A stretch of 24,000 nt of DNA from Amycolatopsis rhabdoformis (GTDB taxonomy: Bacteria; Actinomycetota; Actinomycetes; Mycobacteriales; Pseudonocardiaceae). The notes below the pieces were generated by a model. That model did no database searches and was not told the DNA's origin. It saw only the letters and a list, made by a program, of their open reading frames with translations. The position numbers and the translations under genes were made by a program. Shown here piece by piece: positions 1 through 8,571 of the stretch. The stretch is taken from NCBI RefSeq assembly GCF_035918295.1, contig NZ_CP142149.1:4717591-4741590 (forward strand), given 5' to 3'. The stretch's first letter is position 1, and the number at the start of each line of letters is the position of its first letter.

Positions 1-165
1 GAAGCGCGGCTGAAAAATCGTGGCGCTGTAATAACCTTGCACCGCTTCGAGCACGAACGCGTTGAAATATCCCTGGCTTTTCAGCGAAATCCCGAGCGCA
101 CAACGGATACCCACGAACAAAAGATCTTCGTGGCCGGCAGAACCGTTACGTCGCCACCTCACCAC
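1..165 (-). CDS. Possible ORF starting at GTG 165 and running off the left edge of the window; unknown function
   Basis: Hand translation of the minus strand gives an open frame: VVRWRRNGSAGHEDLLFVGIRCALGISLKSQGYFNAFVLEAVQGYYSATIFQPRF. An in-frame TAA lies just upstream at 172-174. Third codon positions are unusually A/T-rich for this window (ggt, tct, gaa, gat, ctt, ttg, tat, att, ttt), so this may be foreign or non-coding. Confidence 0.2.
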   Translation of the reverse strand, partial: MVRWRRNGSAGHEDLLFVGIRCALGISLKSQGYFNAFVLEAVQGYYSATIFQPRF

Positions 166-236
166 AGGGCGTTAGCCCACCCCGGAAACCTCACCCGAAC
201 GCCAGCACGAGTGAAAAAGCCGTCGCAGCGGGAAAA

Positions 237-449
237 TCACGGGACCTGGTGCATGGAAACGACGTCGAGGCCCAGGACGCGGAAGAGGCTCAGCAGGCGG
301 TGCAGGCGTTCTTCGTCGGTGAGTGGGCAGTAGATGATCGTTTCCGGGGGCGCGGCGGCGACTTCCAGCTCGCCGAAGTCCCCGACGGCGTCTGCGGCCC
401 GGTCGGACAGGCGGCCGGAGACGCGGAAAACGTAGCTGGACTGCGACAC
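237..449 (-). CDS. Small hypothetical protein (70 aa)
   Basis: GTG start at 449 is preceded by GGAGG 5 nt upstream (reverse complement of 450-460). Codon usage is typical high-GC3. The gene is divergent from the first LuxR-family regulator. I recognise no domain. Confidence 0.6.
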   Translation of the reverse strand: MSQSSYVFRVSGRLSDRAADAVGDFGELEVAAAPPETIIYCPLTDEERLHRLLSLFRVLGLDVVSMHQVP

Positions 450-583
450 CTCAGCCTCCTTGAGCGACCCTCGCCGCCACGGTCGCGCGTGCGCGTGGGG
501 GCGTCCTCGCCCGTGCCGGATGAGCTCGTGTTCTCCCCGGTGGCGTGCGACAGTGGGTCACTGCGGGACGGAGGGAGAAGAGG

Positions 584-3271
584 GTGTCCCACAACGAAAA
601 TCGCGATGGCGGCAGCGCGAAGCACAACGGAGACCGGGAAAAGCCGTATGTGCCGAGGCGCAAGCGCACTGTGCCGGAGCTGCCGGACGGGTTCGTGTCG
701 CGGCCGCGGCTGCTGAACGCGCTGGACCGGGCCGGGCCGGAGGCTGCGACGATGGTGTGCGCGCCCGCGGGGTCGGGGAAGACGTTGGTGCTGGCGGAGT
801 GGGTGCGGGCCGGCGGGCTGGGCGGGGCGGCGTGGCTTTCGCTCGACGCGGCCGACAACGACGAGCGCCGCTTCCGGTCCGGGGTGCTCGACGCGCTCGT
901 GCCGGCCGTGCCCGAGCTGAAGCGCCTCGACGCGAGCAGCCCGGGTTTCTTCGCCGACCTCATCGACGCGCTCGACACCGAAGACGCCAGAAACGCCGAA
1001 GCCGCCGAAGCCGCCCGAGACGCCAGAGATCCGCGAGACCCCGGAAACCAAGGAATCCTCCCGGCCGAACCCGTCCGCCTCGTCCTCGACGACGTCCACG
1101 AGCTCGTCGCCACCGAGCCCCTCCGCGACGTCGAACAGCTCCTCCGCCTGCGCCCCCGCGGCCTGCGGCTCGTGCTGTCCACCCGCTGGGACCCCCCGCT
1201 GCCCCTGGCCCGCCTGCGCCTGTCCGGCCGCCTCGCCGACCTGCGGTCCGATCACCTGCGCTTCCGCCCCGACGAAGCCGCGGCCCTGCTCGCCGGCGAG
1301 CGCGTGCACATCGGGCCGGAGCAGGTCGACCGGCTCGTGACGCGCACGGAGGGCTGGGCGAGCGGGCTGCGGCTCGCGGCCGAGTCCCTCAAGGGCGGCG
1401 CGGAGTTCACCGGCACCGACCCGATCGTGAGCGCCTACCTGGTGGACGAGGTCCTCGCGCCACTGTCCGAAGAGGAGCGGGAGTTCCTGCGCGAAATCAG
1501 CGTCTGCGAAAGAGTTTCCGCCTCACTGGCCACGGCGTTGTCCGGCCGCGTCGACGCCGGCGAGCTGCTGGCGCGCCTGGAACACCGCACGGCGATGCTG
1601 TTCCGCACCGGCGCCGGCCGCCGCATCTACCGCCTGCACACGCTGCTGCGCGCCCACCTGCTCACCGACCTGATGCTGCGCACACCGCGCCGGGTGCCCG
1701 CGCTGCACCGCCGCGCGGCCGAGTGGCTGCGCGCCCGCCACCAGGCCGGCGACGCCGTGACCCACGCGCTCGAGGCCGGCGACTCCGCGCTCGTGGCGGA
1801 CCTGCTGCGCCGCCACGCGCTCGACCTGCTGCTGGCCGGCGAGCACGACGTGCTGCGCCGCGCGCGGGCCGCACTCAGCGACGACGTGGTCGGCGACGAC
1901 CCGTGGCTCGCGCTCACCGGCGCGCTCGAGCACCTCGACGCCGCCCGCCCCGGCGCCGCGCGCGCCCAGGTCACGCTGGCCGAACGCGCGTGGCCCCGCG
2001 AACCTTCGCGTGAGCTGCACGCGCTGCGCGGCCTCGTCGGCACCCGCTTCGCCCACGCCGCCGGGTACCTCGAAGAAGACGTGACCGAGGACGTCGCCGA
2101 GCAGGGGTCCGCGCTCAGCGCCATGACGCTGCTCGAGTCCGGCCAGGCGCTGCTCGCCGCCGGCCGCGCCGCCGAGGCGCGCCGGCCCGTGGAGTCGGCG
2201 CTGGCCTTCGCCCGCGCGCACGGCCACGCGCACCTGGAACAGCAGTGCCTCACCGTGCTCGCCGGCGTCGCCGCGGCCACCGGCGATTTCCGGGCCATGG
2301 CCGCTCTGGCCGAGGACGCCGACACGCTCGCCGAGACCCACGGCTGGCGCGACACCCCGGCCGGCGCGAAAACCTCGCTGATCCTGGCCTGCGGCGCGCT
2401 GATGCGAGCCGAAGCCCTCGCCTGCCTCGCGCAGGTCGACCGCGTGACCCGCGTGCTCGCCACCACCGACACCCTCGGCCACGCCGGCCTCACGCTGCTC
2501 ACCGCCACCCTCGACGGCACCGCGCGCTTCGACTGCGGGCAACGGTCGGTCGGCCTGCGCCGCATGACCGACGCGCGCCTCGCCGAAGGCCCCGCTCCCC
2601 TGCCCGACGGCGTCGTCGCCTTCGCGGCCGTGTGCGAGCACGACGCCGCCACGCGCCTGGGCCGCGGCGAAACCGCGCGGGACGTGCTGGCCTGGGCCCG
2701 CGAACGGATCCCCACGGCCGCCGAGATCCTGCTCATCCGCGCCGGCACGCAGGTCGTGCTCGGTCGCGACGGCCACGCCCGCAACCTGTTGCGCCCCTTG
2801 CTCGACGGCGCGATCGAACCGCTGCTGCCCTGGACGCCGATCACCGCCTGGCTGCTGGAAGCGGAAATCGCCGTGCGCGGCGGAGAAGCGGTTCGCGCGC
2901 GCCGCGCCGTCGCGAAGGCGCTCGGCCCGGCCGAACGCCTCGGTGTGCTGCGCCCGCTCGTCACGGCCGCGCCGGAGGTGCTCGATCTGGCGCTGCTCGA
3001 CGTGCCGGGCGGCCACCGTTTCACCACCGATCTGCGCCAGGCTCGGGCGTTGCGTGGCCGCCAGCCCGACGCGGTGGCGCTCACCGAACGGGAACGCACC
3101 GTATTGCGTCTGCTGCCCACGATCCGTTCGCTCGACGAGATCGCCGGCGACCTCATGGTTTCGCCCAACACCGTGAAGACCCACGTGCGTGCGCTGTACC
3201 GCAAGCTCGGCGTCGGTTCGCGGCGAGAAGCCGTGCGTTCGGCCGTCCGGCGTGGACTCGTGGACAACTAG
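584..3271 (+). CDS. LAL-type (large ATP-binding, MalT-like STAND) LuxR-family transcriptional regulator
   Basis: Walker A CAPAGSGKTLVLAEW and Walker B LVLDDVHEL are present. A long helical-repeat middle region follows. The C-terminal LuxR HTH reads LTERERTVLRLLPTIRSLDEIAGDLMVSPNTVKTHVRALYRKLGV. The start is uncertain: the ORF opens at GTG 545, GTG 584 follows GAGGGAG (571-577), and GTG 671 is also in frame. Confidence 0.9.
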   Translation: MSHNENRDGGSAKHNGDREKPYVPRRKRTVPELPDGFVSRPRLLNALDRAGPEAATMVCAPAGSGKTLVLAEWVRAGGLGGAAWLSLDAADNDERRFRSGVLDALVPAVPELKRLDASSPGFFADLIDALDTEDARNAEAAEAARDARDPRDPGNQGILPAEPVRLVLDDVHELVATEPLRDVEQLLRLRPRGLRLVLSTRWDPPLPLARLRLSGRLADLRSDHLRFRPDEAAALLAGERVHIGPEQVDRLVTRTEGWASGLRLAAESLKGGAEFTGTDPIVSAYLVDEVLAPLSEEEREFLREISVCERVSASLATALSGRVDAGELLARLEHRTAMLFRTGAGRRIYRLHTLLRAHLLTDLMLRTPRRVPALHRRAAEWLRARHQAGDAVTHALEAGDSALVADLLRRHALDLLLAGEHDVLRRARAALSDDVVGDDPWLALTGALEHLDAARPGAARAQVTLAERAWPREPSRELHALRGLVGTRFAHAAGYLEEDVTEDVAEQGSALSAMTLLESGQALLAAGRAAEARRPVESALAFARAHGHAHLEQQCLTVLAGVAAATGDFRAMAALAEDADTLAETHGWRDTPAGAKTSLILACGALMRAEALACLAQVDRVTRVLATTDTLGHAGLTLLTATLDGTARFDCGQRSVGLRRMTDARLAEGPAPLPDGVVAFAAVCEHDAATRLGRGETARDVLAWARERIPTAAEILLIRAGTQVVLGRDGHARNLLRPLLDGAIEPLLPWTPITAWLLEAEIAVRGGEAVRARRAVAKALGPAERLGVLRPLVTAAPEVLDLALLDVPGGHRFTTDLRQARALRGRQPDAVALTERERTVLRLLPTIRSLDEIAGDLMVSPNTVKTHVRALYRKLGVGSRREAVRSAVRRGLVDN

Positions 3272-3382
3272 TTGGGACATTCGGACCTTCCTTTGTCACA
3301 GTTACGACCTACGGTCAATAGCGTGGGTCGAGGTGGCCGGTCGAGCACCAACCGGTGGCGGGTGCCGGGCGCGAAGGTGACA

Positions 3383-5872
3383 ATGCCCTTGCTGCCACCG
3401 GATTTCGTCACGCGCCCACGATTGCTCGAAGCCCTCGACGCCGCCGCCGGCAGCCCGGTCACCGCCGTGTGCGCCCCGGCCGGGTTCGGCAAGACCACGC
3501 TGCTGGCCGAGTGGGCGGCGAACCGGCCCGTCGCCTGGGTTTCCCTCGACGCGGAAGACAACGACCCGCACCGCTTCTGGTCCGCGATCCTCTGCGCGCT
3601 GGAGAAAACCGTGCCCGCGGACAGCCGGGTGCACGCCGTCGCGGCGCCGGAAGGCAGCAGCCGCGCGGATTTCCTCGCCGAGCTCGTCGATGCGCTCGAC
3701 GCCCTGCCGGCTCCGGTGCGGCTGGTGCTCGACGACTTCCAGGAGATCGTGGCCGCCGCCCCGCTGCACGACGTGACCACCCTCATCCGCACCCCGCCCG
3801 CCGGGCTGCGCCTCACCCTCTCGGCGCGCTCGGACCCGCAGCTGCAGCTCGCGCGCCTGCAGGTGCAGGGCGACCTCGCCCGCGTCGGCGCCGACGACCT
3901 GCGGTTCACCACCGGCGAGACGGCGCAGCTGCTGCAGGCCACCGGCGTCCGCTGCAGCGAAGACGACGTGCGCCGCCTGGTCGAGCGCACGGCCGGCTGG
4001 ACCGCGGCCGTGCACTGGGCCGCGGTCTCGCTGCGGACCGTCGCCGACGTCGACGCCTTCCTCACCCAGCTCGACGGCGACGACCGCTCGATGGCCGGTT
4101 TCCTCGCCGACGAAGTGCTCGCGCGCCTGCCGGAAGGCGCGCCGGAGCTGCTGCGCCGCATCAGCGTGTGCGACGCCGTGCCCGCCGCGCTGGCCCGTGA
4201 GCTGGCCGCGCGCGAGGACGCCGGCGCGGTGCTCGCCGAGCTCGAACGGCACACCTTCCTGGTCGCCCGCGTCGACGATCCGAGCGGTTCCTACCGCGTG
4301 CAGCCGCTGCTGCGCTCGTACCTGCGGGCCGACCTCGACCTGCGTTACCCCGGCCTCGCGGGCGAGCTGCACGCCACGGCCGCGCGCTGGTTCGCCGGCG
4401 AGGAGCGCATCGGCGAGGCCCTGGAACACGCCGTGGCCGGCCTGGATCGCGAAGGCATCGTCGAGCTGCTGCGCGCCCACGCCGTCGGCTGCCTGCTGGC
4501 CGGCGACGACCAGGCCGTGCGCGAAACCCTGGCGCACCTGGGCGAGGACCTCGACCCCGGGCTCGCGGCCGCCCGGGCGCTCGCCGCGATCCAGAGCGGC
4601 GAGCCGGCCGAGCCGTCCGCCGAACCGCTGCTCGCGCGCCACCACGCGCTGGCCGAGGGCCGGCCGCCCGACAGCTCCGGGGCCGCCGCGCCGAGCGAGC
4701 CGGGCACCTGGGCCGAGCTGGACCGCGCGTGGTCCTCGCTCTACCGCGGCGCCTGGCGCGACGCCACCACCCGCGTGCGCGACGCCGTGGACACCGCGCG
4801 CCGCGACGGCCAGGACTACCTCGTGCTCCACGGCCTCGCCGCCCTCGCCGTGGCCGCCGGCTTCGGCGACTCGCAGGACGAGGCGCGCGCGGCGTGCCAG
4901 GAAGCCGTGGAGCTGGCCACGCGGCACGGCTGGCCGCGCTCGCCGTGGCTGGCGGTGTGCCGGCTCGTGCTCGCGTGCGACCACCTGCTGCGGCTCGACC
5001 CGGCGGCCGCCGGTCGGGAAGCCCGCGACGCGGCGACACCGCTGGGCGCGTTCATCGGCGGCGCCGCGCTGTTCGACGGCGCCGCCCAGTTCAGATCCAC
5101 CGTGCAGGTGAAGAACTCGGCCCAGGTCAAGAACCCGCCTCAGTTCGGCGGCGAGGACCGCCGCGACGGCCTCGAAACCATGCGCCACGCCCGCCACGAA
5201 CTCGGCGAGCTGCCCGCCGCCCCCGCCGCGCTCGTCGCCGTGCTGGAACACCACGCCGCCGTGTTCCTCGGCGAAGCGTTGCACGCCAACGAAGTGCTGC
5301 AGTGGGCCCGCGACCACCTCCCCCACACGCGCGAGCTGGACCTGATGCAGGCGTGGACGCACCTCGCGGCCGACCGGCCCGACGACGCCGCGGCCGCCCT
5401 GCGCAGCCGCCGCGCGGCGCTGCTGCCGACCACCCCCGTGGACGCCGAGCTCACCGGAGCCGCGCTCGCCCTGCGCGCCGGGCGCCGCACGGAAGCGTTG
5501 CGGACGCTGGAACACGCGCTGGGGCTGGCCGCCGGCGGTGACCTCGTGCGGCCGTTCGCGCTGGCCGACCCGGCGGTGCGCCACCTGCTGGTGGACCACT
5601 CGGGCGGCTTCGGCCGGCTCGACGGCTTCGCGGCTTCCGTCCGGGACCGGTTGCGCCGCTTCGACCCCGCGCCCGTGGACGACCGGCTCACCGAGCGTGA
5701 GCAGGTGGTGCTGCAGCGGTTGCCGTCGCAACGCTCGCTCGACGAGATCGCGGCCGACCTCACCGTGTCGGTGAACACGGTGAAAACCCACGTGCGCGCG
5801 ATCTACGTGAAGCTCGGCGTGACCAACCGCCGTGACGCGGTGCTCGTCGCCCGCGAGCACGGTCTCGCGTGA
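3383..5872 (+). CDS. Second LAL-type LuxR-family transcriptional regulator (paralogue of the upstream gene)
   Basis: ATG 3383 follows GAAGGTG. The N-terminus MPLLPPDFVTRPRLLEALD is collinear with PELPDGFVSRPRLLNALD of the first regulator. Walker A is CAPAGFGKTTLLAEW and Walker B is LVLDDFQEI. The C-terminal HTH reads LTEREQVVLQRLPSQRSLDEIAADLTVSVNTVKTHVRAIYVKLGV. The ORF track opens earlier at 3272. Confidence 0.9.
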   Translation: MPLLPPDFVTRPRLLEALDAAAGSPVTAVCAPAGFGKTTLLAEWAANRPVAWVSLDAEDNDPHRFWSAILCALEKTVPADSRVHAVAAPEGSSRADFLAELVDALDALPAPVRLVLDDFQEIVAAAPLHDVTTLIRTPPAGLRLTLSARSDPQLQLARLQVQGDLARVGADDLRFTTGETAQLLQATGVRCSEDDVRRLVERTAGWTAAVHWAAVSLRTVADVDAFLTQLDGDDRSMAGFLADEVLARLPEGAPELLRRISVCDAVPAALARELAAREDAGAVLAELERHTFLVARVDDPSGSYRVQPLLRSYLRADLDLRYPGLAGELHATAARWFAGEERIGEALEHAVAGLDREGIVELLRAHAVGCLLAGDDQAVRETLAHLGEDLDPGLAAARALAAIQSGEPAEPSAEPLLARHHALAEGRPPDSSGAAAPSEPGTWAELDRAWSSLYRGAWRDATTRVRDAVDTARRDGQDYLVLHGLAALAVAAGFGDSQDEARAACQEAVELATRHGWPRSPWLAVCRLVLACDHLLRLDPAAAGREARDAATPLGAFIGGAALFDGAAQFRSTVQVKNSAQVKNPPQFGGEDRRDGLETMRHARHELGELPAAPAALVAVLEHHAAVFLGEALHANEVLQWARDHLPHTRELDLMQAWTHLAADRPDDAAAALRSRRAALLPTTPVDAELTGAALALRAGRRTEALRTLEHALGLAAGGDLVRPFALADPAVRHLLVDHSGGFGRLDGFAASVRDRLRRFDPAPVDDRLTEREQVVLQRLPSQRSLDEIAADLTVSVNTVKTHVRAIYVKLGVTNRRDAVLVAREHGLA

Positions 5873-5897
5873 GGCTTCATCCGCGGCAGATGAGGCC
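5873..5897 (+). terminator. Hairpin immediately after the LAL2 stop codon
   Basis: GGCTTCATC-CGCGGCA-GATGAGGCC forms a 9-bp stem with one G.U pair. It starts 1 nt after TGA 5870-5872. There is no T-tract. Confidence 0.4.
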
Positions 5898-5974
5898 GGA
5901 CCCGCGCCGGAGTCCGACGCTTCCAGCAAGCCCGCCACGGGCACGGATCCCGCGGACACGAGAGGACTCTCACC

Positions 5975-6436
5975 ATGACCGACACGGGAGCACGAGCGCC
6001 GCACACCGAGGCCGGCGGAACCACCGGCCGCCACCCTGACTCCCAGTCACTGCCGAGCGGCTGGACCGGCTGGGTCGCGTTCGCCGCGACCATGATGATG
6101 CTGCTGGGTGCCTTCCAGGTGATCGAGGGGCTCGTCGCGCTGCTCAACACCCGCTACTTCGTGGTGGACGAGACGGGACTCGTCGTCTCGGTCAACTACA
6201 CCACGTGGGGCTGGGTGCACCTCGCACTCGGCGCGCTGCTGATCCTGGTCGGCATCGGCGTGTTCACCGGCAACCGCGTCGCACAGATCACCGGCATCGT
6301 CCTCGCCGGCCTGAGCGCGCTGGTCAACCTGGCCTTCCTGCCGGCGTACCCGCTGTGGTCGATCATCATCATCGGCGTCGACGTGCTCGTGATCTACGCG
6401 CTCGCCGTCCACGGCAAGGAGATGCAGAAGATCTGA
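5975..6436 (+). CDS. Small integral membrane protein (about 4 TM helices; resembles the actinobacterial DUF7144-type family, assigned from memory)
   Basis: ATG is preceded by GAGAGGA. Hydrophobic segments include WVAFAATMMMLLGAFQVIEGLVALL, WGWVHLALGALLILVGIGVF, ITGIVLAGLSALVNLAFL and LWSIIIIGVDVLVIYALAV. Confidence 0.8.
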   Translation: MTDTGARAPHTEAGGTTGRHPDSQSLPSGWTGWVAFAATMMMLLGAFQVIEGLVALLNTRYFVVDETGLVVSVNYTTWGWVHLALGALLILVGIGVFTGNRVAQITGIVLAGLSALVNLAFLPAYPLWSIIIIGVDVLVIYALAVHGKEMQKI

Positions 6437-6444
6437 CACGGCGG

Positions 6445-7719
6445 TCAGGCCGGTGCGGGCCCCGGTTGTCCGGGGTCCGCACCGGTGTCCGCGCGCGTTT
6501 GCACCTCGGCCGCGGCGTTGTCTTCGGTCACGGGTTCGGCCGCGGGTTCGGTGGCGGGTTCCGCGGCCGGCTCGGCGCTCGGCTCGGTCTCGGCCGCCCC
6601 CGGCTGCGGTCGGTTGCGTTTGCCGGTCATGCCGATGAGCGCGTCGGCCCAGCCGGCCGTGGGGTCGATGTCCACGAACAACGCCTTGATCAGCAACGTC
6701 AACGGCACCGCGAGGATCGCGCCCACCGGCCCGAGCAGCCACGACCAGAACACCAGCGCCAGCACGGTCACCAGCGTCGACAGGCCCACCGAGCCGGCCA
6801 CGAACCGCGGCTGGATCAGCGACTGCACCACGAAGTTGAGCGCGCAGTAGACCACCACGACGATCACCAGCTTCTGCCAGCCGCCGTCGAGCAGGCCCAG
6901 CAGGGCGGGCGGGATCACGCCGAGCACGAAGCCCACGTTCGGGATGTAGTTGGTCACGAACGCGAGCAGCCCCCACAGGATCGGCACCGGGATGCCGATG
7001 AGCGCCAGCGCGCCGGTGTCGAGCACCGCCACGATGAAGCCGAACACGGTCGTCACCAGCATGTAGCTGCGGGTGCCGGTGGCGAAGCGGTGGAACGCGG
7101 AGGTGAGCCACGGCCGTTCGGCGTCGATGGCGCCGAGGCGCTGATCGGCCCACGTGGCCTCGGTGCTCAGGAACAGCAGCAGCGCCAGCAGGAACACGAG
7201 ATTGGTCAGCACGCCGCCGATACCCGAGAGCAGCGAGCCCACGAAGCCCGCGAGCTTGCTGAAGTCCAGCGAGGACGCCACCTCCCGCAGCTGTTGCTGA
7301 CCCACTCCGAACTGCGCGAGCTGGTCCGTGACCGACTTCAGCAGGTCGGTGACGCGCGAGGCGTACTGCGGCAGCAGCGTGGCCAGGCGCGCCAGCGACA
7401 CGATCACCACGAAGACCAGGCCCACCATCACGAGGTAGACCACGATCACGAGCGCGACGGTGGTGAGCCAGCGCGGCCAGCCCTTGCGCAGCAGCCACAC
7501 CTGCACCGGGCTCGCGGTGACCACGATGACCAGCGCCAGGAACACCGGGCCCACGATGAACGCGATCGCCCGCACGCCGGCGAGCGTGATCACGACCGAC
7601 GCGGCGCCCACCATGATCACGAGCACCCGCGGGAGCATGCTGCCGGGCGGGAAAGTGGCGACGGGCGCCGGAGCGCCGCGGCGGCGTCTGCCGGCACCGG
7701 TTCTTCCGCGCAGCTTCAC
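6445..7719 (-). CDS. AI-2E family transporter (PerM/UPF0118-like permease)
   Basis: The protein is multi-TM with the characteristic FVTNYIPNVGFVLGVIPPALLGLL segment. GTG 7719 is preceded by GAGGTGG. The acidic C-terminal tail is EP/AEP-rich. The gene is convergent with the previous gene, 8 nt apart. Confidence 0.9.
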   Translation of the reverse strand: MKLRGRTGAGRRRRGAPAPVATFPPGSMLPRVLVIMVGAASVVITLAGVRAIAFIVGPVFLALVIVVTASPVQVWLLRKGWPRWLTTVALVIVVYLVMVGLVFVVIVSLARLATLLPQYASRVTDLLKSVTDQLAQFGVGQQQLREVASSLDFSKLAGFVGSLLSGIGGVLTNLVFLLALLLFLSTEATWADQRLGAIDAERPWLTSAFHRFATGTRSYMLVTTVFGFIVAVLDTGALALIGIPVPILWGLLAFVTNYIPNVGFVLGVIPPALLGLLDGGWQKLVIVVVVYCALNFVVQSLIQPRFVAGSVGLSTLVTVLALVFWSWLLGPVGAILAVPLTLLIKALFVDIDPTAGWADALIGMTGKRNRPQPGAAETEPSAEPAAEPATEPAAEPVTEDNAAAEVQTRADTGADPGQPGPAPA

Positions 7720-7966
7720 GAGACCACCTCACCCTCGTCCGGGCTGGGGTGCTGCGGTGGTGCCCCGCGACGGCGGGCGGCTCCCCGATGTCCCTCCGGT
7801 GCGGACGCGGCCCGTGCGTCCCGAGGACACGGTCACCGTCCGCACACGGGTCGCGCTTCACCCGCGCCAGGTGAGACCTTCGGTCCCGGCGCTCGCGCTC
7901 AGGGACGCGCAGGACGACTCGCGGTGCCGGCGAGGTCACCCACCGCGTCCGTCCACTGAGGACGGT

Positions 7967-8479
7967 TCAGCCCGCGAGCGCGCCCGATCCGCCGCCCCCG
8001 CCGGTGGTCCACTCGCCCGCGCGGCCGGGCCGCGGACAGCGGCCGAGGCACGGGATCTGCGCCCACACCGTCTTGCGCCGCGACTCCGGTTCCGGCAGCA
8101 CGCCCCACGTCACCGACAGGCGGTCGACGAGCAGGAGCCCGCGGCCGCGCGGACCGGGCAGGCGCGACAGGCCCATGGTCGGCTGCACGAGGTTGCGGTC
8201 GGCCACCTCGACCCGCACGGTGCAGGGGCGCAGACTGTGCCACAGCTGCAGGTGCCGGGGGCCGTCGCCGTGGTCGTGCGCGTTGGCGAGCAGTTCGGTG
8301 GCCACGAGCAGCACGTCGTCGCGGTGCTCGTCACCGAGGGTGTCGAGGTGCTGGGCCACCCATCTGCGCATCGTCCGTACCGTGGCGGCCGTGGTGCCGT
8401 GCAAGGGCAGCACCCACGTGCCCGGACGGCCGGCGTGTCGGATACCGGTCAACGCCACCACCTCCCGCTGCGCGGTCAC
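7967..8479 (-). CDS. ATP-binding protein, HATPase_c / anti-sigma-factor-kinase-like (RsbW/SpoIIAB-type fold)
   Basis: Motifs LVATELLANAHDHG ... VRVEVADRN ... GRGLLLVDRLSVTWGV are typical of actinomycete stand-alone ATP-binding proteins. GTG 8479 is preceded by GAGGAAG. Confidence 0.75.
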   Translation of the reverse strand: MTAQREVVALTGIRHAGRPGTWVLPLHGTTAATVRTMRRWVAQHLDTLGDEHRDDVLLVATELLANAHDHGDGPRHLQLWHSLRPCTVRVEVADRNLVQPTMGLSRLPGPRGRGLLLVDRLSVTWGVLPEPESRRKTVWAQIPCLGRCPRPGRAGEWTTGGGGGSGALAG

Positions 8480-8571
8480 ACTTCCTCACGACTTACCCGA
8501 TCGGGTCACGAATGAATCACCGGACCGGGTTCGGGTGCTCGTCCGAGTAGCGTGCGCGGCGCCCGCGAGGA

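Noticed and set aside
37-333. 98-aa plus-strand ORF at the left edge
   Set aside because: There is no RBS and the translation is basic and low complexity. It overlaps the better-supported minus-strand 70-aa gene.
3302-6034. Very long alternative-frame or antisense ORFs (for example 290..1309-, 460..2013+, 1523..3280-, 3302..6034-, 6047..7939-, 6205..7959+, 9556..11010-, 11164..12843+, 11171..12973-, 14742..16469-, 18819..20030-, 22328..23755-)
   Set aside because: Their translations are Arg/Ala/Gly/Pro-rich low complexity with no motifs. They overlap frames that carry clear family signatures. Long open shadow frames are expected at this G+C content.
6523-6603. Tandem GGTTCGG/GGCTCGG-type DNA repeats
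   Set aside because: They lie inside the AI-2E transporter gene and encode its acidic EP/AEPA-rich C-terminal tail. This is coding low complexity, not a separate element.
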